Positions 63,830-64,000 of a DNA stretch of 64,000 nt are shown here, one piece after another; position 1 is the first letter of the stretch, and each line of letters starts with the position of its first letter. The translations under genes were made by a program, and so were the position numbers. Origin of the DNA: an uncultured delta proteobacterium (GTDB lineage: Bacteria; Myxococcota_A; Polyangia; Fen-1088); the NCBI GenBank assembly GCA_963767925.1, contig CAVYGB010000002.1, positions 1,280,001-1,344,000 of the forward strand. The letters run 5' to 3'. The notes below the pieces were generated by a model, which saw nothing but the letters and a program-made list of their open reading frames with translations, was not told the origin of the DNA and searched no databases.

Positions 63830-64000
63830 ATGGCCATGGCAACCGTCCGGATCCTGTTGCGGCTGACCAGCGCGTCGATCGCGGGCCTCTTCGCCGCCCG
63901 TGGCGGGGGGTGGTGGCTGGCGGCCGTCCTTTACCTCCTCGTCACCATGGCGCCGATCCGGGCGCGGGGCACGCGGCTGGCCTTCTGGTCGACGGTGGCC
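63830..64000 (+). CDS. N-terminus of a probable membrane protein (runs off the right edge)
   Basis: MAMATVRILLRLTSASIAGLFAARGGGWWLAAVLYLLVTM...; open to the window end. Confidence 0.45.
   Translation, partial: MAMATVRILLRLTSASIAGLFAARGGGWWLAAVLYLLVTMAPIRARGTRLAFWSTVA

Overview
High-GC bacterial DNA, most likely a myxobacterium (Myxococcota). This rests on a CdnL/CarD gene, parS sites of the TGTTCCACGTGGAAC type and many Cys-rich lipoproteins. 1-9.3 kb: housekeeping genes (cysA-like ABC ATPase, split siroheme synthesis genes, proA, ltaE, proB, pgl-like lactonase, proC, DegT aminotransferase) carrying many single-base frameshifts that look like sequencing errors. 9.4-14.5 kb: a five-gene lipoprotein / ECF sigma / ZAS anti-sigma / exported caspase-barrel / paralogous lipoprotein module. 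14.7-32.6 kb: core genes, probably origin-proximal (hybrid sensor, NarL-type regulator, mutM, rsmA, tsaD, rsmG, two parS sites, bioF, bioD, jag, pepA, cdnL), with long C-rich non-coding gaps. 32.7-52 kb: an accessory region opening with a perfect 64-bp tandem duplication. It holds four lipoproteins sharing a Cys-rich N-terminal module with different cargoes, an IS21 remnant, and an AT-richer orphan cassette (SAM methyltransferase-TPR, SycD/LcrH-like chaperone, small protein with a T3SS needle/rod-like C-terminus). It also has a BBE-type oxidoreductase coupled to an M55 peptidase fusion and a four-repeat helical protein. 52-64 kb: Ogt-AlkA fusion, large Cys-rich lipoprotein, PQQ-like propeller lipoprotein, spermidine-synthase-like membrane protein, AraC regulator. 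Best candidates for undescribed systems are the methyltransferase/chaperone/needle-like cassette, the caspase-ECF envelope signalling module and the shared Cys-header lipoprotein family. All family calls come from motif recognition by eye; no searches were run.
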